Origin: Owenia fusiformis
Lineage: Eukaryota
DNA length: 64,000 nucleotides
NCBI GenBank assembly: GCA_903813345.2
Contig: CAIIXF020000001.1
Location: 17,484,001-17,548,000 of the forward strand
Direction of reading: 5' to 3'
How positions within the stretch are numbered: position 1 is the stretch's first letter; each line of letters starts with the position of its first letter. Positions 36,751 through 49,523 of this stretch are shown here, one piece after another. Below the pieces are notes generated by a model. The model saw only the letters and a program-made list of their open reading frames with translations. It had not been told where the DNA came from and searched no databases. The translations under genes were made by a program, and so were the position numbers.

Positions 36751-36959
36751 TAATTCATTACTTGGCAAAAAAGGTGGCGCTATTATGTACATTTACACCA
36801 ACAGTTCACAAGATAATTCAACTAGATATTCATCACAAACTAATATTCCAATATCAGAGTTGCATTTTCTGGCTGGTTCACATTGTACCAATAACCAATC
36901 CAGAAATTCAGATGACCAACATTTAATATTCAATGGGACAAGTATATTTTAAACAATAT

Positions 36960-37657
36960 AGATCAAATTCTGTTTGATAAGAGATCAAATTTTGTTTTCA
37001 TGTAGCTATGTGAATTCAAATCAAACTGATTCTATGTCTGATAATAAATTACACTCTGTGTCTGAGTTTGATTAAAAATCAAACTGTGTTTCTATGTGAA
37101 TTCAAATCAAACTGTGTTTCTATGTCTGATTATAAATTACATTCTGTTTTTAAGTTTGATATAATCAAACTGTGTTTCTATGTCTAATAATAAATTACAC
37201 TCTTAAGTTTGATTAAAAATCTGTGGAAGTTTGATTAAAATCTTTGTTTCTATGTCTGATTATAAATTACACTTTTTTCTAAGTTTGATTAAAAATCAAA
37301 CTGTTTTTTCTATGTCTGATTATAAATTACACTCTGTTTCTAAGTTTGATTCTAAATCAAACTGTGTTTCTATGTGAATCAAAATCAAACTGTGTTTCTA
37401 TGTCTGATTATAAATTACACTCCTAAGTTTGATTTTAAATCAAACTGTGTTTCTATGTGAATCAAACTGTGTTTTTTTATGTCTGATTATGAATTACACT
37501 CCTAAGTTTGATTAAAAATCAAACTGTGTTTCTATGTGAATTCAAATCGAACTGTGTTTGTAGCTGATTATAAATTACACTCTGTTTCTAGGTTTGATTA
37601 TAAACCAAACTGTGTTTCTAAGTCTGATCATAAATCAAATTCTGTTTCAATGTCTGC
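36960..37657. repeat. ~30-bp minisatellite in the 3'UTR of the cystin-like gene, overlapping its last codons
   Basis: Unit like TCAAACTGTGTTTCTATGTCTGATTATAAA, roughly 20+ copies with 25-30 bp variants. Confidence 0.9.
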
Positions 37658-40600
37658 GATGAGCTGTTCTTCTGAGATATCATAGTTTATGGATGGCTTC
37701 TTACTGGAAACAAACAATTTAAAGTAACATTACATTTTGCATCAAACCATATTTGAATCTTATATATCATGATTCAATCAGATCATATTTCATAATACTA
37801 AGACTTTACAAACTTTTAATGTAAGTATCATGTCTATACGCTATATTATTTGGTGTATATTATACCAAGTTGATATTTTTTCATTTATACAGGTGATTTG
37901 TGTACCTTTTAGTTGCAGATACACCCCTTGTATTACTTGAATCTTCTAAAGCACCTACTGTAGTGGAAGCTAAAAATAAATATAGAATATTTATTGAGTA
38001 CACTCACACCCCTGAGGGTCAGGTACAAGAAAGTGTAATACATAAAAAGAATATACATTGATTAGTAAGCATAAAACATGTACCATATGGTAACCATGAA
38101 AAGCATTGGAACATGGCCAATCACAATATTTTTGAGACCATAAAGCATTTGTGGGAAAACTGTAGACCTCGCTTGCAATGTTTTCAACCTAGATATCTCA
38201 GATTCTAGAATATTTAGAATGACTTACTTTTTGCAGGACTACCTCCATATGATCCGAATTCATCCTATAATAGACCAAACAATAGATATAAAATATCAAC
38301 TATAACATATAAGAATAAGCCTTATAGCAATCTTATAGGCAATAAGCCTTATTACATCCCCCATGTCATTTATCTACTCTCTCGTGATCCGGGTATGAGT
38401 CCAACCTTTCCTTCCAGCTGCATTTTTAAATAACAATTAAAATGCTATATCAACTATATATCCAATTAACTCCTGAAGAAAAAGCCTCTCCATGTCATTA
38501 TTCTCGCTTGATTTCCACTTTATTTTTAAAAAAGTACAGCTATGCATAATGCATCTTTAACTTCAGTTACAATTGTTCAGAAATATTAATGGGCTACAAT
38601 CTGTTAGACAATCTGTATTTGAAATTGGATGTTTTATGAATATAAGAATTTTTCCAGTTATAGGTTATTCAAATGAAATTCAGACACTTTTTTCATCAAA
38701 ATCAGCAAATGAATATATTACCATTTAATTTATTTGGCATCCCATTAAACAAACTAACACTGTTAATATATATCTGTTGATACATGAAAATAATTCCTCA
38801 TTTTCTCAATGTGAAAAAATCAAGAGTTATACCCTGATTACAGATAATGCCTCTTTAAGTCATGTACTATGGTCTGGAAATTACCATGCTAATGAACAGA
38901 TAATGCCTCTTAAAGGGTAACGCTTATTGTTTAGCAAATCAAATGCTCGTTTTTGGTGTTGCTCACCATTTAGTACAAAATAGAATCTGGGACCTATTGC
39001 GTAAGAGGTATCTGTGCTACTGCTGAGCTATATGGTGGACTACTAGTATAGATCACCATGCATTTATCAATGGGAATTTTTTATTTTGATGATCAATTTT
39101 ACCTTTGATTGCTGAAGTTTCAGGATCTTCTGTCTGTGTTTAATTGAGAAATTGATATCTTGATCTACCTATACCGAGTATAAGTACAAAGCATGGTCTT
39201 ATGAAATGTTCTACTTATAGTTGAAACTATCAGTGACACAAAAATAAACTATTTTAAACTAAACTAAAACTAAAACAAAACGTTTTGGACTAACACAAGG
39301 ATTTATATTTGTCCATGAATCCTTTGGATAAGTCACACACCCAATCTCTCAATATTTACAGATTGACATGAAGACGATTTGAATAAACTGGAATGTACCG
39401 AACTCCCCTAAATAGACTGATCCAGTGGACTTGTCTGGAGTCTGTAACATGGTCTAAAAACACCATGCTAATTAATAGATAATGCCTCTTTAAGTCAAGT
39501 AACAATAGTCTGGATGCCATGCTAATTAAATGAACAGATAATTTCTCTTTAAGTCATATAACCATGGTCTGGAAAATCTTAAGCCTCAATGAGACCAATG
39601 AGCTCCATTTTTATAAGATCATAACAATATACTTGGAATAAGCAATCAATAAATGTTACCATGTTAAAGGTTCAAAACATTATTTAATCATTGATTATGA
39701 TCTGAGGCAAAGATATATGTACAATGTAAAAATGCCTGAAAGACACCAGTGTTATGGTGATATAAGGAGAGTGGGAGTACTCATCGTGCCAATACCTACT
39801 TTACATTATTTCCCATAAGGGTTGATACATGTTCAACAACTTATAATTTCAAGATTGGAACGAATATAGAAAATCTTGTTATTTCAAAAAACAAATGCTG
39901 TTTCATCGATAACAAGAGGTATTTGAAATGATGTTACAAAAACATTTTAAGTCACGTAATAAGAAGATTTATGGGTAGTTTGAAAATATTGTTATTCTGG
40001 TACTAACATTCCAATCAAATAACATGGTAACATTGAGAAATTAATATATATTTTAAATCCTTCAATCTACCCAGAAATAAATGTTATGCTTTTAGGGTAT
40101 ATGTGGCACCCTATACTCCCACCCAGAAATAAATGTTATGCTTTTAGGGTATATGTAGCACCTATTCCCTTTTCCCACTACAACCTGTAAATATGTTTCA
40201 TTGATTTTAATTAAAAAAAGAACTTTCTTTTGATCTCAGACATTATTCTGCCATCTTATACTCTTTGGAATTATCTGAGTGGGATTTTACAAGCAAGAAA
40301 TAAGAACAACGATGAAAATATTGGCTTAATTATAGGCTCTCAGGCATGCTATTCATCAATCTCATCCCATTCAATTTGATGTCTTTGGAAGCTTGTATTA
40401 ATTGGTAACCTTCATGGATTAGAAATGGAATCTCAATTAATTTCACTTTCTCACTTAAGTTAGCAGAATAAGTTTCAAAATTGAAAATTCTGCTTGTACA
40501 TTTTTAATTCTAAATGGTCAGTTTGAGAGAGTTATCACTATACTGGATGTATTTATAGCCACAGAAGATAAAAATCAATTGCTCTGTCCTATAATTGTAT

Positions 40601-43600
40601 TGATTGTATCACACTTCCCATCATTTCCGAGACAATGAACTTGCCAAAGGTAAGGTTATAAAAAGCCAAATTGTAAGTCAAATAATGATTTAAAGAGGTA
40701 GTATCTGCTAGAAGGCACAATTTGAACTACTTGGTATCTTTACATCGATTTGCCAATGGCCAGGTACCAACTCCTACATAAATGAGGTTAATTTAACTCT
40801 GAATGGCAAAAAATCATTTTACTAGTTTAATATCATTAATTACTATCAATTTCTTGGGTACTTGTATCTGTATTTTGACCTTTCAAACAATTTGTTATTA
40901 TGGCATTCACTTTAAATCATGAAATCAACATTTTCAGACAATCTGGAATGTCATATTGTCCTTTAGAATAAAGCCACATTCAGTCCCTACTGATCAATAG
41001 CTTCTGTTTATCCCATAGTCTCCTGTAGAAGATGGTATTCTTTAAGTTTCTTTTATAGTCTCTTCACGTTATGCTCATTTATGTAATTTATTAGTGTTTC
41101 ATACTTACATCCTTTTTATTGGCAGCCTTGAATTTATTTGGATCGAAGCCTTGGATTATATTCTGAAAAAATAAAAAGAGGAGGCTTATATATAATATAA
41201 ACTTGACTATTAGATGTATTGCTGCAGCTTTTCATTGGATAAAGTTATTTAAGGTGTCTTATAAGACATCATCAGTTGGAAGCAATGTTATTAAAAACAT
41301 TTTAAGTGAATTTATATATTGCTTGTGACACAGATACAAATTATATAAAACTTGAAATCAACTTTAGAAAGTAAGTTCAAAGTTGTATTTGCCATTTCTC
41401 TGATGGCAGCTTCAAGTATAGACGATAGAAAGAATTAGGTATTTGAACCTTGATAAAAGAATTAGGGTTGCAAGGGTATAACATTGTCATGCTCCTGATT
41501 TATAAGATTGCATGCCTTTTTTCCTTTGCTTCCCCTTGAAACCACTTAAAACAGCCTTTATTTGAGCAATGAAAGGCTATAAGGTAACAGTAAAGGTCTA
41601 AAATTCTTATACACAAAAGCTTCATTGAAGAATTATTCTCAACATACCTGTGAGATGTTGTAGATTGAACACAATTGATTTTGAAATGTTTTGCTCACTA
41701 AAAATTGTTTGTACTTATCTAAGGCTATACTGTTGTCAAATAATGGCAAAAAAGTATTTAAAAATTCATCACAATAACAATGGTTTTATCATGCTATGAT
41801 GGTGACAAAAAATGTAAATCCATATTTATTATTTTAGAATCTTTAAAATGCAAAACAGTTTGACTGATGGACAAATTTAAAGAATATTCCTTCATCACTC
41901 ATAGAATCATTCTGTATTAATATGCTATTCTGGAATAAATTTGTTGATTATAATAAATCTACATAAAAAAACCAAAGGATCCACCATTATCACTTTCAAA
42001 ATGGTTGGGTTGCATTTCTAGTGTGACCCTGTAATATCATTTGTCAGAGACAGAATTATTATATTGTATTAAGATTTTAGTACTGCTTTAATAGCCATGT
42101 ATCACTAGAAAACATTAAATAACTATAGATCTACCTTATAGCACTAAGAATTATGATTGTCTAAAGTGCAGATAATCTCACAGAGAGCATAAAATACTGA
42201 GTAGAATATCACAATAGATCTATAGTAAAAGAAAAAACATTTCTTATTTTGCCTAATATTGTTAATATACAAAAGGCTTTAACAAGATTATTCAAATATC
42301 ATTATATATTTGTATTTAGGACACTAAGCTCAAAATGGACAAGGTAACAACATAACTTATGAAGACAAATGTCTCCACCCTTTAAACATCATAGTCTATT
42401 TAAACAATTGTAAAACTGGTTTACAAGTTCAAAAAGTCTTTTTAGACTGGCCTAAAAAATAAATACAAAATCAATAAATATGAGGTAAAAAATCCTGCCA
42501 CAACACAGTGAAGTTCACGGGAGGTGCATGGTACACAGTCTTTAGGCATGACTATAGCACAGTCTGATCATTAAAGGCTATAGTGCAGTTTCATGCCTGC
42601 CAACATTCTGTTTTTTATTTGCTAGTTATGATGCCTTGTAAACATAATTACAGGAATATGATATAATATTCATCCAGTCTATTATATTTACAATGCAACT
42701 TGGTAACAGAGTGCTCTTATAAGGAACCTTATCTTAGAGTAAATAGTTGCAAACAAGATCAGTTACATGAACACTTTGATATTGATACCCTTATCAAGAA
42801 ACCTGTGAATTAAATCACAATGTTACACGGGCCATAGCCAGCTTTTGGCAGGGGGAAGGGGTTACTTTCTAAAGAATTCCAGAGTGGGACCACTTTTGAC
42901 ATCATTGGGCCAAAAATGGCCAAATCACTTGAAAAGTGCTCAGAATGGTGAAACACTGCAAGATTTTGTAAGGATTTTTTCTACAGGCCTGTTACCTTTA
43001 GGAACTTTTCTATCCTCTCTATACATGTAACTTTACTACATGTATATAAAATTAAAGAATATTTTGGAAATAAGAAAAGAGGATGAAATTTCCTATTGCA
43101 AGGGGAATGTTGACAAGAGGAATGGAACGCAGTCAATACAATTACCATTACCAGTTGGTGTCACACATTCTCATGAAATAAAGTACATTCTTCAAAATCA
43201 AATCAATCATTCAATGAACTCAAATATTGTTAAAACACAGCAGGTTTTTCTTAGTGACATGTGACATATCTTATATAAATATAGTACTGCTGTGCTGTGA
43301 TCAATTTGTAAAATTCTTTCATCCAAACTCATTCGTCATCTGTAGCCATTTCTATGCAATATTAATTAGAAATCAAAATTGAATTATGTAATTCCTTTGC
43401 TTATACACTAGAACCAATAATTTTATTGATTTACACAGTTGCTCAAACTTAGCCAAACCAGAACTATACATGAAATCACTTTTAGAGAAAGATCAATCTG
43501 ATAAGAGGCTAAAGTCCATGTATGATTGTAGGTAACTTGGGGGCTTCCGTGGATTATCATCAATAATTTAGCCTTTGTTAGTATGCATGATCAAAATAAT

Positions 43601-44827
43601 CAATGTTTCTGAGGATCAAAATAATCAATGTTTCAAGGCTTGAATTCCTTAGCAAAGATTAGTGGCAAAGTATATCACACTTGATCTGAAATACTAAACA
43701 GTTTGGGAAATTGTGATCATAATGCTTTTTGGTAATTAACTAAAACACAGTGAAACCTGGGAAGTGGAACACCTCTAGAAATGGAACACCTCTGTTAATT
43801 GAACACATGGGAAGTGGAATACCTCTGTTAGTTGAACACATGGGAAGTGGAACACCTCTAGAAATGGAACACCTCTGTTAGTCGAACACTTTCAGAGTCC
43901 CAATACCAACTGACTTAATGTTAAATGAACCTAAGTGTTCCACTTAGACAAGATTCATTGTACTGCATATAAGATATACCAGCCCCCATAATTTTAATTT
44001 TCCAAACTATGCTTTTAGATACTGAACCTCATTTGAATATACATGTACAGTGAAACATGTTTAGTAGAACAAGAACCTCTAGAAGAAGAACACCTCTGTT
44101 AGCGGAAACCTTTTCAAGAGCCCCAAGACCAACTGATTTAATGTAAATAAACCTATATAAGTGGAACATCTCCCAACTAGAACACTTGTAGAGGTACCAA
44201 AGTTGTTCCACTAAGACAGGTTTTACTGTAGGCCTATACATAATATTTTAAACAGTAATTTAACATCCATCTGCTTTATACTGTTAACCTATAAGTGAAT
44301 AACTTCAAATGTTTACTCACCTCTTCCAGTTTCCAATCCTCTGAATTGCGATCCCATTGGCTAGTTGGTTTCTCTGACCCTAATATTAAATCCTGCTCAT
44401 TTATATTCTCCCGATTTAAATTCTGTTTAGCAATTTTTTGAGCATAAGACTCTGGATATTCCTCCTGAGAAAGTTTTGAATTTTTATTGTTGTATTCCAT
44501 GAGGATTTTCTCCTCTTCCTCATCAGTATCCCAGCTTTTTTGAGAAGTCTTGTCATCAGTTTCCATATTGTCTTTAGGTTGGGCTATATCTGTAGCCCTA
44601 TTTGACTGTTTAGTTGATTTTGAATAATCTGTATTAATTGCACTATCCAAATCCTTTTCTAACTCATTCGCACTTTCTTCGTCATACACATTATTTTTTG
44701 ATTTCTCATCCGGTTTTATTGTACATGTCACTGTTTCTTCACCCCAATCGTCAGTTGTCTCAGAATCACTACTTTTGATTGTTTTCCCATTTCTTGGAGA
44801 TTGTCCTTTTGAACCTCCAGATCCCAT
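37628..44827 (-). CDS. Uncharacterised 243-aa acidic protein with N-myristoylation motif and cystin-1-like C-terminus; exons 44321-44827, 41109-41162, 39103-39133, 37906-37969, 37628-37703
   Basis: Starts MGSGGSK (myristoylation consensus); all GT-AG with consistent phases (732 nt); ends SKKPSINYDISEEQLIADIETEFDL*. The 31-nt exon is the least certain. Acceptor at 44878 and an upstream non-coding exon donor at 45039. Confidence 0.8.
40069..40165. repeat. ~52-bp direct duplication
   Basis: ACCCAGAAATAAATGTTATGCTTTAGGGTATATGT.GCACC occurs twice. Confidence 0.7.
44048..44228. mobile_element. Tc1/mariner (Tigger-like) MITE; diverged sister copy at ~43748-43965
   Basis: TA|CAGTGAAACATGT ... ACAGGTTTTACTG|TA; internal GAACACCTCT repeats. 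Confidence 0.75.
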
Positions 44828-45054
44828 TCCTACCAGCTTACCTCCGTTTAATAAACTCCACTTTTATTATAACTCAGCTGTAAAATATCCTCAGTTAAAT
44901 CTTCCATTAGAGCCAATTTGATCCTAATACAATCCAAAAGAATTCCTCTATTATCAAGTAAGACGTGTATACATTCTAAATTCCATATCTCCAAAACACT
45001 GTAGTCTAAGGTAAATACCACTTCACATAAAACTCTCACTTCTGACTAGTGTAC

Positions 45055-46052
45055 ATTCTAATAGCAACAAAGGTAAATAAGAAATTAAACAATGTTTTAA
45101 GCTTTTCTAATCGAACTAGTGCACTTTTTCACTTTAAGTTGATTCAGTCTTCTAACCTTATTATTGATTGAATTAACGTATCCAACAATATGTTGACTTA
45201 ACCAACCAATGCAATTGATCTAATTCCCATTGTAACTTAAAGTTCAAGTTCCAATTTTCTTAATTCTTTACCATTGGCTATATGTGTTATCAATGACTAG
45301 TAACTAAAGCTACATGTTTATAGCTGGTGTTATTGGCAATTGAGTGATAATAGGGAGCTAATATGGATGATTTCTTCAGTCAGGTTGTCACGGTAACAGT
45401 TTTTTCAACAACATGTTCCATTAAGAAAAGTTATTTACATTAACAAGTGGTACCACTCGCCAGTAATATATTAGAGAGTGAAAACTTAATCTAAACTAAA
45501 CTAATGTAAATCCCTTAACTTGTTGCCATGGTGACTAATTCTGCCCATAACATGCTCAATCATGGTGCACATTGTATTTTCAAGTCAATAATCTGACCAC
45601 AGCATCACACAACAGGATTCTCGGTATTATAGATTTTTGCACTTGAAAGAGCTTTGAAACTATTAAATAGATGGCTCTCACTTCAAAGGTTCAAGGTTTA
45701 TACTTTCTTTGTTAAATAATTCCTTATGATACAATAATGTTTGGTTGTAGCCAGGCATAAGGCAGGCGACGTAACTGCCTCCCATAATTCTACAGAATTC
45801 TTGAAATGAACATGAACTTCATTTAGTTATTTTTCTATTATTAAAAAACTTAATTAAAGGGTTCATATTTCGTTTGTTGGGGTTTGCAACTTTCTAAAAT
45901 TGCTGTCTTATAAATAGACATTTTTGTCCCCCAAAATTCAAAAAATAAATTGAAATTGATGACATTATGGTTTCCCATATGAAATCTAAGATTAACTCGT
46001 TGAAATCTATACAAAGGAATACCATCAGGCCAACATATGTCACAATGGCAAC
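45055..46052. promoter_or_regulatory. Cluster of RFX X-box-like motifs upstream of the cystin-like gene
   Basis: GTTGCCATGGTGAC (45522-45535), GTTGTCACGGTAAC (45384-45397), GTCACAATGGCAAC (46039-46052), weaker ATTCCCATTGTAAC (45223-45236) and ATTCTAATAGCAAC (45055-45068). Confidence 0.7.
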
Positions 46053-46951
46053 TAAACAGTCATTTTCTCTAAATGTTATCAAGAGATTTTGATTGAACAT
46101 TGTAACAACAGTCAGCACCATCTATCAAACATCTAATATAATAGAATGATGTCCGATAATTTAGAAAAAAATTCTGAATATTTTTTTTCTCAAGTCAGGG
46201 GCTTTGATCAGTGATATTATATGTTTATTCAACTTTCATATTTTTGTAACTAGTCAGAATAACAGTTTTAATATTTCTTGGCAATCTATGAATAAATAGA
46301 TACAATGCGGGTGTATTCCATCATGTCCTTGAGCAGCAACTTGGCCAAAAAATAAGAAATTTTGAACTTCAAGCTCAATCTACGACTCACAAGAGATTCT
46401 GGCCATGGTTTCAGTTTCAAAATAATGCTTAAAGTATTGAAATTCAACTAAAGTTAAAAATAAGGTTAATTACAAAAGAATCAATGATTATGACCAAATA
46501 AAAAAAACAGAGTCCAATGAGCTACCACACTTTCAGTCTAATCACTGTGGTTGTAACAAATGCTTTGTAGTTGAGATCATTATGGAATCTGATAATATAA
46601 TTATGCTCCATTGTTTTGGTACCATCATTCTGAATGATTCATCATCTACATGTACACATATATGACTATTATTATAATTACGTATTCAACATGGCTTTTA
46701 TTAAACATCACATATTTGAATCAAACAAGGTATTAACATGCAAAATGTCACTAAATGCCATTTGCTACAGACACCAAACCCTAACTGCCATACACCAATC
46801 ATAAAACACCATCCATAAAAAGCTGGATCCACCTGATGCATGCATGATTGTTCTCTGTAGAGCACCGCCTGCATAATGTACTCTCCATGGTTTGTTTAAT
46901 GATTTCCTTTGTGAAAGCATGGTTTCTCTTCAATTCATGTTTGACAAATAA

Positions 46952-48698
46952 CAAACAAGGCATTAACATGACAAAACTTCTGAGAACTTGTAGATGATTT
47001 TTAAAAGAAAAATTGGTCGGTTTGAGGCAAGTTGGAAAAAGATCTTTTTGACCTTGTTTTACCTTGAGAAGGTCATTGAAGGTCAAATCTTAAATCTTCT
47101 GTAGATTAAAAAAAATTAGTCAATTTGAAGCAAGTTGAAAAAGACCCCTTTAACCTTGAGAAGGTCTTTGAAGGTCAACTCTTAAATCTAAAGTCAAATT
47201 TGAACTTCTGAGAATACATCGATGATTTTGAAAAAAAATTTAGTCAATTTGAAGCAAGTTGAAAAATGACATTTTTGACCTTGTGAGGGTCAAATCTTAA
47301 GTCAGATCTGAACTTCATTGAAGATCAAATCAGTCAGATTTGAATTTCTGAGAACTTGTAGAGATGATTTTGAAAAAAATATTTGGTCAATTTGAAGCAG
47401 AAGGTCAAATCTTAAGTCAGATTTGAACTTTTGAGAACTTGTAGATGATTTTGGAAAAAAAATTGGTCAATCTAAATCAAGTAGAAATTTTTTTTTTGAC
47501 CTTCAGAAGGTCAAATGTCAAATCTAGAGCTTGTAGATGATTTTGAAACTAGACAACAGCAATGACAAAGCGTAGCAAATCTCATCGAACAGCCTCGGCT
47601 GACATTTTTACAAATGAAGTATATAGCAAAAATCGTAAAATAACACACAAAAAATGGCCACCATTTTCAAAATGGTTGCGCACTATAGCCAGATTGTCAT
47701 CAGAAAGTATAATATGCTTCTAAGTAGGCACATATAAAAGGACGATTCTCGGTTTGGAGAACAGTCTCCTGGGCTAATAATTTTTTTCATGAAAAATATA
47801 GAAATATTACCCAAATTAAACTATGAATATTCAAAAGAGGACATTTAAATCTACAAGATGTAAAAATAAAAAATTGGTCTGAAGCAGGGATAATGCTCAA
47901 TTAGACTGATTCAATAAAATACAAGTCTTGATTTTGGGGAAAGAAGTTCATCAGTGTACTGCGCTAATATTTTTTTGCGAAAAAACTAAAAATATTACCC
48001 AAATTAAATTATGACTATTCAAAAGAAGACATTCAAATCTATATTATGTAAAAAAAATCAAAGGACGATTCTCGGTTTGGAGAACGAAGTTCATCAATCT
48101 AAATGAGCATTATCCCTGCTTCGGACAGATTTGATTTTTTTTACATAATATAGATTTGAATGTCTTCTTTTAAATAGTCATAATTTAATTTGGGTAATAT
48201 TTCTATATTTTTGCAAAAAATTATTAGCGCAGTACACTGATGAACTTCTTTCCCCAAATCGAGACTTGTATTTTATTGAATCGGTCTTATTGAGCGTTAC
48301 CCCTGCTTCAGACCAATTTGTCATTTTTACATCTTGTAGATTTAAATGTCCTCTTTTGAATATTCATAGTTTAATTTGGGTAATATTTCTATATTTTTCA
48401 TGAAAAAATTATTAGCCCAGGAGACTGTTCTCCAAACCGAGAATCGTCCTTTGTCCGAAACAGGGATAATGCTCATTTAGATTGAAGAACTTTGTTCTCC
48501 AAACCGAGAATCGTCCTTTCAACAAAATCACACACACGTACATGTCAATGGCAGCCATTTTTCAAAATGGCTGCCTACTTGCCAAAATGTCAAAAGACAG
48601 TGTTGGAAGTTGTAAGAAATTGTTACAGGCGCCAACTACCATCACAAAAATATCGGAGACCATAGCAATATGTCACAACTTTTGGTGGTGGCATAAAA
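46952..48698. mobile_element. Helentron/HINE-like element with internal tandem repeats (GACCTT..AAGGTC cores), hosting a nested Helitron (from 47549) and a palindromic element
   Basis: Starts AAACAAGGCATTAACATGAC, ends TGGTGGTGGCATAAAAA like 12496-12633 and 56725-56877; repeats of CTTCTGAGAACTTGTAGATGATTTT..AAAAAATT.GTCAATTTGAAGCAAG at 46975-47545. Confidence 0.7.
47737..48519. mobile_element. Long palindromic non-autonomous transposon (possibly Kolobok-like) nested in a Helitron
   Basis: AAAGGACGATTCTCGGTTTGGAGAAC at 47737 and ~48060; reverse complements ending at 48452 and 48519; ~320-bp inverted arms. Confidence 0.75.
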
Positions 48699-49523
48699 AC
48701 ATACTGACATTCACATATTTCAAGTACATTTCAACTTTCATTCAGTTGTTTTTATCATAATACATTTTTTATTTGAAAAATCAAAATTCTTTTCATAAAA
48801 CTCAAGTAGAACCACAACTTTTTCAGTCATTAAAAATAATATTGAACTGATAAAAATATTTCACGAATCTGTGGTATTATAAAGACAAGACACTGTATTA
48901 AGAAACTCAGCTCAATATTCTTTATTATGAAAAATGAAACAATAATGTAATGTAATAATAAATACATAATAACATATGCAAAAATTCTGTTTTGATCAAA
49001 CTCAAGTGATTATTTTAAACAACATTTTACTGTTTTTTACAAGAGTTCAGCCATGTGAGAATTTCTTTCATTGTTATCTGTGAAAGACATAATAGTAGCA
49101 GTATAGGCTGTGCAAGAATCATAAATATTTCATTGTCTGAGAATGTACTGTACCACTAAAATTCAATCTTATATTATTAATAGATAATGCTGATTTATAA
49201 GGAATATTTCAGCATATATAATATATATTTGATTATTTAACCATATTCATATGCATATGAAATGGTAGCTTTTTGTGCATATTACTAATAAAGCAGTCAA
49301 TAGTACATGCTGAGCTGCTGCCTTGCAACTACACATCTTTGCGAAGGAAATGTACAAAAGTTTCTCTATGGATTTTATTATGCCATATTCAATAGACAAT
49401 ATGACCTTCCAGCATCTGCACCCTGTAATACAACTCCATCTATTCTCAGCAAAGCTGACTGGAACAGTTTATTTTACTTCCCACTGTTTAAAGATTTCTA
49501 ATATTTCCTATTTCCTCATTTTG

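Noticed and set aside
39103-39168. 66-nt version of exon 3 of the cystin-like gene (VDQDINF..)
   Set aside because: It leaves phase 0, which hits a stop in the next exon; the 31-nt acceptor at 39134 keeps the frame to the conserved C-terminus.
49230-49458. Open minus-strand frame after a CAG acceptor as SPAG1 last exon
   Set aside because: The exon at 49524-49621 has a stronger acceptor and gives the expected RPAP3-C-type ending (..AKQYGIK*); this region is 3'UTR.
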